Below are positions 26,623 to 35,776 of a DNA stretch of 64,000 bases, piece by piece (position 1 is the first letter of the stretch; the number at the start of each line of letters is the position of its first letter). The stretch is taken from positions 1,128 through 65,127 of the forward strand of contig JADGCQ010000010.1 in assembly GCA_015228925.1 (NCBI GenBank). Reading direction: 5' to 3'. Under the pieces are notes generated by a model that did not search any database, was not told where the DNA came from, and worked only from the letters and a program-made list of their open reading frames with translations. Origin of the DNA: Magnetococcales bacterium (GTDB lineage Bacteria; Pseudomonadota; Magnetococcia; Magnetococcales; UBA8363). The translations under genes and the position numbers were made by a program.

Positions 26623-28053
26623 TTAGATCAAACCATCTTTCTTTTTTGTCTGCACTCTGCGGTTTAATGTTTGTCGGGTGATGCCCAATAATGCTGCGGC
26701 GATACCTTGATTATTTCCAGATCGGCGTAGTGCTTCCTGGATCAACAGATCGGTGGCTGTTTGGATGGTCGGCAGGGGATCGGGATGGTCGCGGAATATT
26801 CCTTCATCACTGTCATGACGTTGTGGTTCGGCCACGGTCAATCCAGACTTGGAGAAAATATGCCGTTTAAAAAGATCCATGGATAACATACCCCCTTCAT
26901 GATGGGCCATGGCATCCATGGTCATCCCTTTCAACTCCCTGATATTTCCGGGGAAATGGTAGGATTCCAATAATTTAAAAATTTCTGGAGGGGGTGTTGG
27001 GACCGGATGTTTCCGGGTTTCCGATATTTCCGCCAAGAAATGGTTCAGCAAAAGTTTGATATCCTCTTTGCGTTCCCGCAAGGGGGGGATCAAGACATGA
27101 TGCGCGGCCAAACGAAAATAGAGATCGGCGCGAAAACCGGAGGTTTCCATGGCTTGTGCCAAGTTACGATTGGTGGCGCAAATGACCCGGGCACTGGTTT
27201 TGATGGGGAGATCGCTTCCCAGGGGGTAATATTTTTTTTCCTGCAACAGACGCAACAGCTTGACTTGGGATGCCTGTCCCAAGTCGCCGATTTCATCCAG
27301 GAACAGCGTTCCATTTTTAGCGGTGGCAATCATCCCTTCACGATGCTGATCGGCCCCGGAAAAGGCCCCGCGACGGTGGCCAAAGAGGGTATCAGAGAAC
27401 ATATTATCATCGATACCCGCCACATTGACCGCGACCAACGGCCCTTCGCGACCACTTAAGCGATGGGTCGCTTCCACCATAAGTTCTTTGCCAACCCCCG
27501 TCTCGCCCATGATTAAAACCGGCTCTTCCGCATCGGCCACCGCTTCAATGTATTTAAAGATGGCGTGCATTTTTCGGCTTTGGGTGATGATTTCGGAAAA
27601 GGCGGGATTGTGTTCAACCCGGTCCGAGAGCAGATGGTGTTTGAGGCGTCCAATCTCCAACTGGAGATGATGGCGTTCCATGGCCCGTTGCACGCTGGAA
27701 ATGAAACGATTTTCATCCACCGGTTTGACCAAGTAGTCGAAAGCACCTTCTTTCATGCAGGAGACTGCGGTATCCAGATCATGAACTGCCGTCATGATGA
27801 TCACAGGGATGTCGGGGAAAAAACGCCGAATTTGGGGAAGGAGTTCCCGACCTGTGAGATTGGGCATCATCAGGTCCAGCAGGATGACCGATGCCCCATG
27901 GATTTCCAATTGGCCGATAAGTTCACGGCTATCGGGATAGGTGACCACGGGTGAAATATCATGGTTGCGCAGCAGCACCATGGAGGAGAATAATAATTCT
28001 TCCTCGTCATCGACCAAAACGACCGGTGCGGTATAGCGTTGTTTATGGGGCAT
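26623..28053 (-). CDS. sigma-54-dependent response regulator (NtrC family)
   Basis: 476 aa. Receiver (VVLVDDEEELL..., ILLDLMMPNLTG), AAA+ (GETGVGKELMVEATH, GHRRGAFSGA, FRADLYFRLAAHHVLIPPLRERKEDI), C-terminal HTH AAALLGITRQTLNRRV. Confidence 0.9.
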   Translation of the reverse strand: MPHKQRYTAPVVLVDDEEELLFSSMVLLRNHDISPVVTYPDSRELIGQLEIHGASVILLDLMMPNLTGRELLPQIRRFFPDIPVIIMTAVHDLDTAVSCMKEGAFDYLVKPVDENRFISSVQRAMERHHLQLEIGRLKHHLLSDRVEHNPAFSEIITQSRKMHAIFKYIEAVADAEEPVLIMGETGVGKELMVEATHRLSGREGPLVAVNVAGIDDNMFSDTLFGHRRGAFSGADQHREGMIATAKNGTLFLDEIGDLGQASQVKLLRLLQEKKYYPLGSDLPIKTSARVICATNRNLAQAMETSGFRADLYFRLAAHHVLIPPLRERKEDIKLLLNHFLAEISETRKHPVPTPPPEIFKLLESYHFPGNIRELKGMTMDAMAHHEGGMLSMDLFKRHIFSKSGLTVAEPQRHDSDEGIFRDHPDPLPTIQTATDLLIQEALRRSGNNQGIAAALLGITRQTLNRRVQTKKKDGLI

Positions 28054-28126
28054 GGGTTGGGGTATTGGTTTTTTGTTGGAGCAGCGGTTGAAAAATCAGA
28101 AAATATGGATCATTACCCATTCTGGA

Positions 28127-28633
28127 TCACTCCGACAAGGATTTCATATAGATCAGGTTGTCATCACCTGTGCGGTAATAATCTTTGAGAACACACTGAA
28201 TGTGATAACCTGTCTTGGCATAGAACCCCCGGGCGCGCAAATATCCGGGGGTCGATGAGGTTTCCAGGTAGATCCGTTTGGCCCCGGCGTGTTTCATGGC
28301 GGCTTCTGCGGCCTCTTGGAGGCGTTGACCCAGACCGCTCCCCTGCAATTTCGGCACGACGACCAACCAGTAGAAATCAAAACGCCCATCCGTCGCCGTA
28401 ATGGGGCCGTAACAGGCATAACCGGATAGTTGCCCGGAAGGTTCTCGCGAAAACAAAAAATAATAGCCGCTTTTATCCCCCATAGTGAGTCTGGCTTCCA
28501 CCAACTCCACCGCCATTTCTACCTCTTCCGGGGTAAAATTACCACTTCGGGTTACCAGATCACGAACCCGGTCCATGTCCTCCGGGACTGCAACCGTATC
28601 GAATAAAACATCTGCACCACTTTGGTGGATCAT
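28127..28633 (-). CDS. GNAT-family N-acetyltransferase
   Basis: Acetyl-CoA motif VVVPKLQGSGLGQRLQEAAEAAM. Start moved to ATG 28633 (GGAGGG 9 nt upstream); the ORF track extends to 28750. Confidence 0.75.
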   Translation of the reverse strand: MIHQSGADVLFDTVAVPEDMDRVRDLVTRSGNFTPEEVEMAVELVEARLTMGDKSGYYFLFSREPSGQLSGYACYGPITATDGRFDFYWLVVVPKLQGSGLGQRLQEAAEAAMKHAGAKRIYLETSSTPGYLRARGFYAKTGYHIQCVLKDYYRTGDDNLIYMKSLSE

Positions 28634-28774
28634 GGCGGATCGCCCTCCAAAATACCTATTTTCACAATGACTGGATCTTTCCGAACCCAGAACCCATGGG
28701 TTTAGTTTTGGAACTTTTTGATTCTTCCACGGAAATTGTATGACGGGCAAGGCTTCCTAGAATCTGGTACCCCT

Positions 28775-29788
28775 TCACCCGGTGCGATGTTTGATCTTAT
28801 TTTCCAGTGCCTTCAACTCGGCCTCGTCCTGCGCATCCGCTGCTTGTGCCTCTTGGGTTTTGCGATGTTGGTCGTAGTTCAGAAACTTTGGGGCAATCTG
28901 TTGCTCCATCTGCGCATGACTCACAGATCCCGCCCCGGACAGGAGGGGGAAATCATTCGCGGTGATGATTTGCCCAACGTTCTCGCGCCAGAAACTCATA
29001 CTGGTCATCGTTTGCCGTTTGGCACGCAATTCGGCGGTTTCCAGAAAGATGACCACCAAGCGGTTGAGAGTGTCGATTTCGTCTTCGGTTAAGTAATTTT
29101 TGGCTACCAGGATGTCCTGTTTGCGTACCCTTTCGCCTTTCCAGGCCAGCAAGCCAAAATAGGCGTCGGCAGGGTTGGCACGGGCAAGGATAATTTCGGC
29201 GGCGGTTTGCCGTGTCACTGCGTACAGCAGCAGGTTTTGCACGGTGGCAAAGAATTGCTGGATGGTCCGGTCGGTCTTGTCGTAATCGGACGCCAGCGCA
29301 AACAGGTCGCGCACCTTCTGATAAAACCGTTTTTCCGAGGCGCGAATATCGCGGATGCGCACCAGCATCTCGTCGAAATAATCGGGGCGGCCATCGGGGT
29401 TCTTGAGCCGCTCGTCGTCCATGGCGAAACCCTTGCGCAGGTATTCCGCCAGCACCGTGCTGGCCCAGCGGCGAAACTGCACCCCACGCGGTGAGCGCAC
29501 GCGGTAGCCTACGGCCAGAATGGCGTCCAGGTTGTAGAGCGTGACCGAGCGGCGCACATCGCGGACACCCTCGGTTTGAACTACCGAGGATTCCTCGGTA
29601 GTTGCTTGCCAAGCCAATTCACCATCGGCATAGATATGTTTGAGATGTAGCCCGATGTTGTCCGTACTGACGTTGAAAAGCTCCGCCATCTCACGCTGCG
29701 TCAGCCAAACAGTACTCTTGTTGGCATATAATTGAATGCGGCTTTGGCCATCTTCGCTGGTGTAGAGGATGAGTTGCGTCATGTCCAA
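28775..29788 (-). CDS. rhuM: RhuM-family virulence-associated protein
   Basis: 337 aa, TTG start. LILYTSEDGQSRIQLYANKSTVWLTQREMAELFNVSTDNIGLHLKHIY ... LDAILAVGYRVRSPRGVQFRRWASTVLAEYLRKGF ... IRASEKRFYQKVRDLFA match the RhuM family pattern as I remember it. Confidence 0.75.
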   Translation of the reverse strand: MDMTQLILYTSEDGQSRIQLYANKSTVWLTQREMAELFNVSTDNIGLHLKHIYADGELAWQATTEESSVVQTEGVRDVRRSVTLYNLDAILAVGYRVRSPRGVQFRRWASTVLAEYLRKGFAMDDERLKNPDGRPDYFDEMLVRIRDIRASEKRFYQKVRDLFALASDYDKTDRTIQQFFATVQNLLLYAVTRQTAAEIILARANPADAYFGLLAWKGERVRKQDILVAKNYLTEDEIDTLNRLVVIFLETAELRAKRQTMTSMSFWRENVGQIITANDFPLLSGAGSVSHAQMEQQIAPKFLNYDQHRKTQEAQAADAQDEAELKALENKIKHRTG

Positions 29789-30783
29789 CCCAGCGCGGCC
29801 TGAACCAAGCGTAAGATCAAGGCATCGTAGTTGATCCCCGACCGCAACACCGTGACCACAAAGCCGGCATCATGAGATAAGCATGGGTTGGCATTGACTT
29901 CCAGGATCCACGGCTGATTTTCGGCATCGACGCGAAAATCAACCCGAACATACCCCTCCAACGCAAACATTTGCCACACGTCCAAAGCGATGGTCTGCAA
30001 CCGTTTTAATAGCGGCTCATCGCATGGCGGAAACTCAAACCGACGTGGCGTATGGTGGTATCCAAAACTGGCGGCATCCCACTTGGCGGCATAATCGATG
30101 ATGCGCACCCCCTGATCGGGGTAGTCCACAAACAACATTTCCACCGCCCCAAACACCTGCCCTCCCGTTGGACCCGCCACCACCGAGCAATTGAATTCCC
30201 GACCCGCCACATACCGTTCGGCAAAATGGTCGTGGGGTGACACAACACGGCGTTTCGCCAAGGCGGCGGCGACTTCCGACCCTTTGACGACCGAACTCTC
30301 ATCCATATCCAACGACCCATGTTCCCACACGGGCTTGACGATCCAGAGATCATCCCCGGAAACATCCGTGCCAGTCGTCGTCCATGGCGGGGTGGGGAAA
30401 CCGGCTGCTTGCAATGCGAGTTTGCAGGAGATCTTGGAGTTGACCACCTCCTGGAGTCCACCCGATACCCCGGTTATGGGGATACCCGTTTGGGCCAGAC
30501 GTATCGCCGCCTCATGGGCACGCCGACCTAGACCACCCAACCCTTCTACCAGATTAAAAATAACTTTGGGGTTGTGCTGGGAGATGGCGGATAGTTGTTC
30601 CAGATTCGGCCCCAAAGCGATAATGGGAGCGGTCATCCCAAGGCGTATCAGGCTTTCGGCGACCTCCGAGGCCTGAACACGGGTATCTTCCTCATCCAGT
30701 GAGTCACCCCAGGCACCATGCACCACCGCAACAACGTCACCCTGGTTCAAGGAGGGGGTATTGTCTACTGATGCGGCGGTCAC
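29779..30783 (-). CDS. ATP-grasp ligase (D-alanine--D-alanine ligase-like), copy 2
   Basis: 334 aa, GTG start. KISCKLALQAAGFPTPPW, WIVKPVWEHGSLDMDESSVV, ERYVAGREFNCSVV, YVRVDFRVDAENQPWILEVNANPCL. Confidence 0.75.
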   Translation of the reverse strand: MTAASVDNTPSLNQGDVVAVVHGAWGDSLDEEDTRVQASEVAESLIRLGMTAPIIALGPNLEQLSAISQHNPKVIFNLVEGLGGLGRRAHEAAIRLAQTGIPITGVSGGLQEVVNSKISCKLALQAAGFPTPPWTTTGTDVSGDDLWIVKPVWEHGSLDMDESSVVKGSEVAAALAKRRVVSPHDHFAERYVAGREFNCSVVAGPTGGQVFGAVEMLFVDYPDQGVRIIDYAAKWDAASFGYHHTPRRFEFPPCDEPLLKRLQTIALDVWQMFALEGYVRVDFRVDAENQPWILEVNANPCLSHDAGFVVTVLRSGINYDALILRLVQAALGWT

Positions 30784-31751
30784 AACCGTTTCCGGCCCGC
30801 TTCCAGGATCATCCCCAGCATGTCGTCATAAGCGACCCCGACAAGACCGGCGATGATGGGAAGATCGGAATGGGTTTGATGCAATCCCGGTAGCGGGTTG
30901 GCTTCCAGGAAATAGGGATTCCCTGCTGCATCACAGCGAAAATCGATGCGGGCGACATCGCGGCACCCCAATGCCATAAACGCTTCACGGCCCAGTTGCA
31001 CAATCCGATCCCCGACCGTATCCTGCGCCAATTGATACGTGACCCGCGATTCACTGAGTTCCTTGTTGGTCATGGTGTAGATTTCGGCGTCGGCTTGGTC
31101 GTTGAGGAAAATTTCCATGATTCCCAACGGATGGATATCGGGGGTATTGCCGATCAAGGCGACGGTGAATTCCCGTCCCGATAAGAACGTTTCCACCAGT
31201 ACGGGTTGGCGAAACCGTTCCAGTTTGGCGGCAACGACCCCGGGCAACTCTTTTTTGTCCCGCACCAGGGATTGCAGATCACACCCCTTTCCCGTCCCTT
31301 CCCACAATGGCTTGACGAACAAGGGGAAGGGGAGATTGATTTGGGCAATATCATCCAGGGAGTTGACCACACACCAGGGTGCCGTCGGAATCCCGGCGGT
31401 GTGGATGACCCGTTTGGCCATGGCTTTATCCAACGTCAAGGCCATGGTCAGCGGATCGGAAAATAAATAGGGTTGCCCAAACATTTCCAACAGTGCCGGC
31501 ACCTGGGCTTCACGGCTTCGTCCATGTAGCCCCTCTGCGATGGATAAAACCAGATCCCAGCGCATCCCTTCGACCAACCGACGGGCCAATTGTTGCCCTC
31601 TGCCGATCCGTTCCACCGAATGTCCCAACCGGGTCAGGGCACCGTCGATATGATCCAAGGTATCGCCGGTATCGAATTCAACCACATCTTCCGCGCTGTA
31701 GCCTTCACGCAGGTAGTCGTCGCGCAGATCGTAAACAAAGCCAACACGCAT
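30780..31751 (-). CDS. ATP-grasp ligase (D-alanine--D-alanine ligase-like), copy 1
   Basis: MRVGFVYDLRDDYL..., DKAMAKRVIHTAGIPTAPW, LFVKPLWEGTGKG, VETFLSGREFTVALIGN, ARIDFRCDAAGNPYFLEANPLPGL. Start at ATG 31751 (GGAGAA upstream); alternatives are 31766 and 31817. Confidence 0.75.
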   Translation of the reverse strand: MRVGFVYDLRDDYLREGYSAEDVVEFDTGDTLDHIDGALTRLGHSVERIGRGQQLARRLVEGMRWDLVLSIAEGLHGRSREAQVPALLEMFGQPYLFSDPLTMALTLDKAMAKRVIHTAGIPTAPWCVVNSLDDIAQINLPFPLFVKPLWEGTGKGCDLQSLVRDKKELPGVVAAKLERFRQPVLVETFLSGREFTVALIGNTPDIHPLGIMEIFLNDQADAEIYTMTNKELSESRVTYQLAQDTVGDRIVQLGREAFMALGCRDVARIDFRCDAAGNPYFLEANPLPGLHQTHSDLPIIAGLVGVAYDDMLGMILEAGRKRL

Positions 31752-31771
31752 AGGGGACTTCTCCATGAACC

Positions 31772-33130
31772 TCAAGTGGATGGAGAATCGCCAGTTACCC
31801 CATCGGGATAACGGCAAGTCCGGCCTTGGTAGTTGGTCAACAACAGATCACCCTCTTCCCGGTTGAGGGGCATACCGGGCAACAGGGGAATCTTGCCGCC
31901 ATTGTCCGGGGCATCGATGACAAAGCTGGGTATTGCCAAACCGGAAGTGAATCCACGCAGTTGTTTAATAATTTCCAGCCCTTTGGTCACCGGGGTACGA
32001 AAATGGGACGATCCAGGGATGGGGTCACACTGGTACAGATAATAGGGGCGGACGCGATGGCGCAGCAGACCATGATAGAGCCGTTTGAGGGTTTGGGCAT
32101 CATCATTGATCCCAGCCAGCAATACGGTTTGCGCCCCCAATGGCAAGCCGGCATCGGCCAGACGACCCAGCGCGACCGATGCTTCGGGGGTCAGTTCGTC
32201 GGGATGGGTGCAGTGGATATTGATCCACAATGATTTAAACCGGCTGAGAAGGGCCGCCAACGCAGGGGTAATCCGCATGGGCAGGACCATGGGAACTTTG
32301 GTTCCGATACGGAGGATTTCCACATGAGGAATTTCCGCCAGACGTTGCAACAACACGCCGAGTTCTTCATCGCCCAAGGTCAGGGGATCGCCACCGGAGA
32401 TGACGACATCGCGTATCCGATTATCGCCAGCGATATGATCGACCGCTTGCCGCCAATGTTGCCGAAAGCCTTGTATTTTTTCCTGGGGTTGGGTGCCTAC
32501 CATGCGTGAGCGGGTGCAATATCGGCAATAGGTGGCACACTGCTTGGTTGCCATGAGCAACACCCGGTCGGGATAGCGATGAACGAGGCCGGGGACGACC
32601 GTTCGATCTTCCTCTCCCAGGGGATCGATCAGTTCCTGCGGTGTCACGACGCGCTCGCCGCCCACGGGGATATGCGTCCGCCGTAGGGGATCGGTACCAT
32701 TTTCCGGGTCCATCAATGACGCATAATAGGGGGTCAAGGCCATGGGAAGTTTGGGTTCACCACGGCGAAATGCGTTTAACTCTTCGGGCGTCAGATAAAA
32801 CAGTCTTTGCAGATCTTCCAACCGATGAATACGGTTTTTCAGTTGCCAACGCCAATCATTCCATTGTTGCGCCGTGACATCGGGATAGTGGCGGCTACGA
32901 AACTGTTGACTACGTTCATTTTCAGGGAACGTCGGGGAGAGGCCAGGCAGGGCGTGGCAAAATCCAGAGAGATGTTTGGACGAGTGGGGCAGGGGGGAAT
33001 AGCGACTTTCAGGAGGTTTATCTTCCTGGTCGCCCGAAGGTTCGTCATCGCCACCATAGCCTTCGCTTCCGTCAAACAAACCACGGTGTGAAGTTTGGTG
33101 GATCGGCAAGGTGACACTGGCTTGGCTCAT
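31772..33130 (-). CDS. KamA-family radical SAM enzyme (lysine 2,3-aminomutase-like)
   Basis: 452 aa. WNDWRWQLKNRI, radical SAM CATYCRYCTR (CxxxCxxC), VVISGGDPL, NIHCTHPDELT, QTVLLAGINDD, PYYLYQCDPIPGSSHFR. Has an ~80-aa low-complexity N-terminal extension. Confidence 0.85.
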   Translation of the reverse strand: MSQASVTLPIHQTSHRGLFDGSEGYGGDDEPSGDQEDKPPESRYSPLPHSSKHLSGFCHALPGLSPTFPENERSQQFRSRHYPDVTAQQWNDWRWQLKNRIHRLEDLQRLFYLTPEELNAFRRGEPKLPMALTPYYASLMDPENGTDPLRRTHIPVGGERVVTPQELIDPLGEEDRTVVPGLVHRYPDRVLLMATKQCATYCRYCTRSRMVGTQPQEKIQGFRQHWRQAVDHIAGDNRIRDVVISGGDPLTLGDEELGVLLQRLAEIPHVEILRIGTKVPMVLPMRITPALAALLSRFKSLWINIHCTHPDELTPEASVALGRLADAGLPLGAQTVLLAGINDDAQTLKRLYHGLLRHRVRPYYLYQCDPIPGSSHFRTPVTKGLEIIKQLRGFTSGLAIPSFVIDAPDNGGKIPLLPGMPLNREEGDLLLTNYQGRTCRYPDGVTGDSPST

Positions 33131-33573
33131 TTTGCGATCCTTTTATTTCAAGTTACAGGTTTTCTTCATAAGGAGAATCCGCTGCCTTCCAAAAGCAGTA
33201 CCCCGAATTCTGGCTTACGTATAAGTCAACATCGGGGGGTTGACAAGTTTTTTCTTTCATGGGAACACATTTTTTTTTCAACGGGGTTGCTTCAAAGAAT
33301 ATGTTATTGAAAAATATATATAATTTATTTCAACTGGCGTCACGGTCCGGGGAAGGATTTTGGACTGTTTTTTGGCAACGATCCGACATTAATTTCATGC
33401 ATTTCGCACGCCAGACGATGGCTTGATTTGCAGGGAAGGCAGTACCATCGCACTTTAAGTTAGAGCCATACGATTCTTGACAAATCTTAAAGGGTGTCCA
33501 TATGGCCTCCCATGTTATAGAATGGTAGAATTGCGGGTAAACGGTTTGGGATGTTCCAGCGAAAGGGGCAGGT

Positions 33574-35754
33574 ATGACCCAGTGGAAGAAACTTGTTCTT
33601 GGCGTTCTCTTCCTGGTCCTGTCGGTGGTCCTGGTGTGTTGGCTTGCCCGTTCTTCCCTGTCCCCTCCCTCGGACAATCGGAAACAAAATCCCGCTACCG
33701 CCACGATCCGACTGCGGTTTGGCCATAATTCCCCGGTGGACAGTGCCCTACATGTGGCGGCGCAACGCTTTGCCGACGATATCGCCCGTAAAACCAATGG
33801 CAAGGTCCAGGTGACGGTCTACCCATTTCAGGAACTGGGCAACGATGATCAAATGTTGGAAATGGCCCGTCAAGGCAGACTGGATATCCTCCTGACGCCA
33901 ACCGCTAAAATGAGTGTGGCGATACCCGCCATGCAATATGCCGACCTCCCCTTCTATTTTCCCTCCAGGGAGGCCCTTTACCACATGCTTGACGGCGAAC
34001 CGGGACGGTTGCTGTTGGGAAAGCTGCATACCATCGGTCTTCAAGGAATCGCCTTCTGGGAAAACGGTTTCAAACATTTTACCGCCAACCGTCCTATTCA
34101 CGACCCCGACGATTTTAAAGGGCTGAAAATCCGTACCATGAAAAGCCGCATTATCATGGACCATTTTGATGCCATGGGGGCTGTCCCTATCCTGATTGAT
34201 TTCCACGTAACCCGCCAGGCCTTGGCCGACAAAGTGGTCGATGGTGAAGAAAATCCCTTGGTGGCTATCGTTGGCATGAAGTTTTACCAGGTTCAATCGC
34301 ACCTGACATTGAGCAGCCATGGTTACCTGGGCTATGTCCTGTCCACCAGTGCCAAGGTCTTGCAAAATCTTCCACCCGATATTCGCAGCCTCATCATGGC
34401 AACAGGCCGAGAATTGGTCCCCTTCGAACGAGAAGAGACCCAACGTCGGGAAAAACAATTCCTTGAAACCATCCGCCAAGCGGGGGTAACCATCCACAAC
34501 CTTACCGAGGCCGAACGGCGTCGGTTTACCCAAAATGCCGCTCATATTGTCCGCCAATTCGAGTCGGTCATCGGTTCCGATATCCTCTCCAAAACCGAGG
34601 AATCCTTGCGGTTTGAACAACCCATTGCAGAATCGAACAATGATATCGTGATTGGTTTCGATAGCGATCTTTCCAATATTGGGGTTCGGGCAAGCTTGGG
34701 TATCAAACAAGGTGCCCTGTTGGCCATGGAAGAGATCAACAGATCGGGTGGCGTTCTGGGAAAAAAACTTGTACTCATCAGTCGGGATAACAGGGCTATG
34801 CCCTCATCCGGGCTGAGAAATTTTCAGGATCTGGCTTCCAATCCCCAGGTGGTCGCCATACTGGGGGGGGTGTTCAGCAGTATTTCTGAAGTACAATCCA
34901 AGGAGGCCCAACGCCTCGGTATCCCCTACCTCGTCCCGTGGGGGGCGGCGGCCTCCATCGTCGAAGATTGCCCACCTCCCAGCTTTACCTTTCGCGTGTC
35001 GGCCAATGATCGGTTGGCAGGCCCTTTCCTGGCGGGCAGTGCCATCAAACGGTTCGACAAGGTGGCGTTGGTATTGGAAAACTCCTCTTGGGGCCGGGGA
35101 AATCTGGATGCCATGGGGAGCTTTCTGAATCAGGTGGGGCATCCGCCGGTACAGGTTGTCTGGATGAACCGGGGTGAAAACGACGCCGCATCCATCCTGC
35201 GCCAAGTCAGAGCATCGGGGGCTAAAGGGATCATCCTGGTGGCCAATACCCGGGAAGGGGCCGGACTCATCAAGGCGATGCTCCGGGATAAAATCGATGG
35301 GCAAACACCATTACCCATCATCTCTCACTGGGGAATCGTAAGTGGTGATCTTTGGCATCAGGTTGGGGCCGTTCTCTCAGAAATCGACCTACAGGTGTTG
35401 CAAACCTTTTCTTTCGCCAATACAACCAATCCTCAGACCCATCGGGTCTTGGAATCTTATAAAAAAATATTTTATCCCCATGAACGTGAAACGGAAAAAG
35501 ATTTTCTCCCTTCTCCTGTGGGAATCTCCCACGCCTACGATTTTGTTCACCTCCTGGCTCTGGCAATCGCCAAAGCTGGAAACACGGTCCGTAGCGATAT
35601 TCGGGATGCGTTGGAACATTTGGATGACTATCGGGGGCTGATCAAACACTATGTCCACCCCTTTACGCCAGAACATCATGATGCTTTGGACGTGGAGGAT
35701 TATTTCCTGACCCGGTTTAATCAAAATGGCCATTTGGTCGCTGGTGACCGTTGA
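33574..35754 (+). CDS. fused periplasmic solute-binding protein: TRAP DctP-type SBP + LivK-like (type I) SBP
   Basis: 726 aa. Signal/anchor LVLGVLFLVLSVVLVCWLA. The N half is IRLRFGHNSPVDSALHVAAQRFADDIARKTNGKVQVTVYPFQELGND (DctP family). The C half is IVIGFDSDLSNIGVRASLGIKQGALLAMEEINRSGGVLGKKLVLISRDN (Leu/Ile/Val-binding-like). Confidence 0.75.
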   Translation: MTQWKKLVLGVLFLVLSVVLVCWLARSSLSPPSDNRKQNPATATIRLRFGHNSPVDSALHVAAQRFADDIARKTNGKVQVTVYPFQELGNDDQMLEMARQGRLDILLTPTAKMSVAIPAMQYADLPFYFPSREALYHMLDGEPGRLLLGKLHTIGLQGIAFWENGFKHFTANRPIHDPDDFKGLKIRTMKSRIIMDHFDAMGAVPILIDFHVTRQALADKVVDGEENPLVAIVGMKFYQVQSHLTLSSHGYLGYVLSTSAKVLQNLPPDIRSLIMATGRELVPFEREETQRREKQFLETIRQAGVTIHNLTEAERRRFTQNAAHIVRQFESVIGSDILSKTEESLRFEQPIAESNNDIVIGFDSDLSNIGVRASLGIKQGALLAMEEINRSGGVLGKKLVLISRDNRAMPSSGLRNFQDLASNPQVVAILGGVFSSISEVQSKEAQRLGIPYLVPWGAAASIVEDCPPPSFTFRVSANDRLAGPFLAGSAIKRFDKVALVLENSSWGRGNLDAMGSFLNQVGHPPVQVVWMNRGENDAASILRQVRASGAKGIILVANTREGAGLIKAMLRDKIDGQTPLPIISHWGIVSGDLWHQVGAVLSEIDLQVLQTFSFANTTNPQTHRVLESYKKIFYPHERETEKDFLPSPVGISHAYDFVHLLALAIAKAGNTVRSDIRDALEHLDDYRGLIKHYVHPFTPEHHDALDVEDYFLTRFNQNGHLVAGDR

Positions 35755-35776
35755 CCTTCTCGTATTGGAAACATAC

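Noticed and set aside
33307-33333. AT-rich inverted repeat TTGAAA-N15-TTTCAA in the divergent promoter region.
   Set aside because: It is short, sits in a very AT-rich context, and cannot be distinguished from chance without comparative data.
33330-33803. 157-aa minus-strand ORF in the kamA/SBP divergent region.
   Set aside because: It overlaps the 5' end of the solute-binding gene antisense, and has no motif or RBS. The region is more likely promoter DNA.
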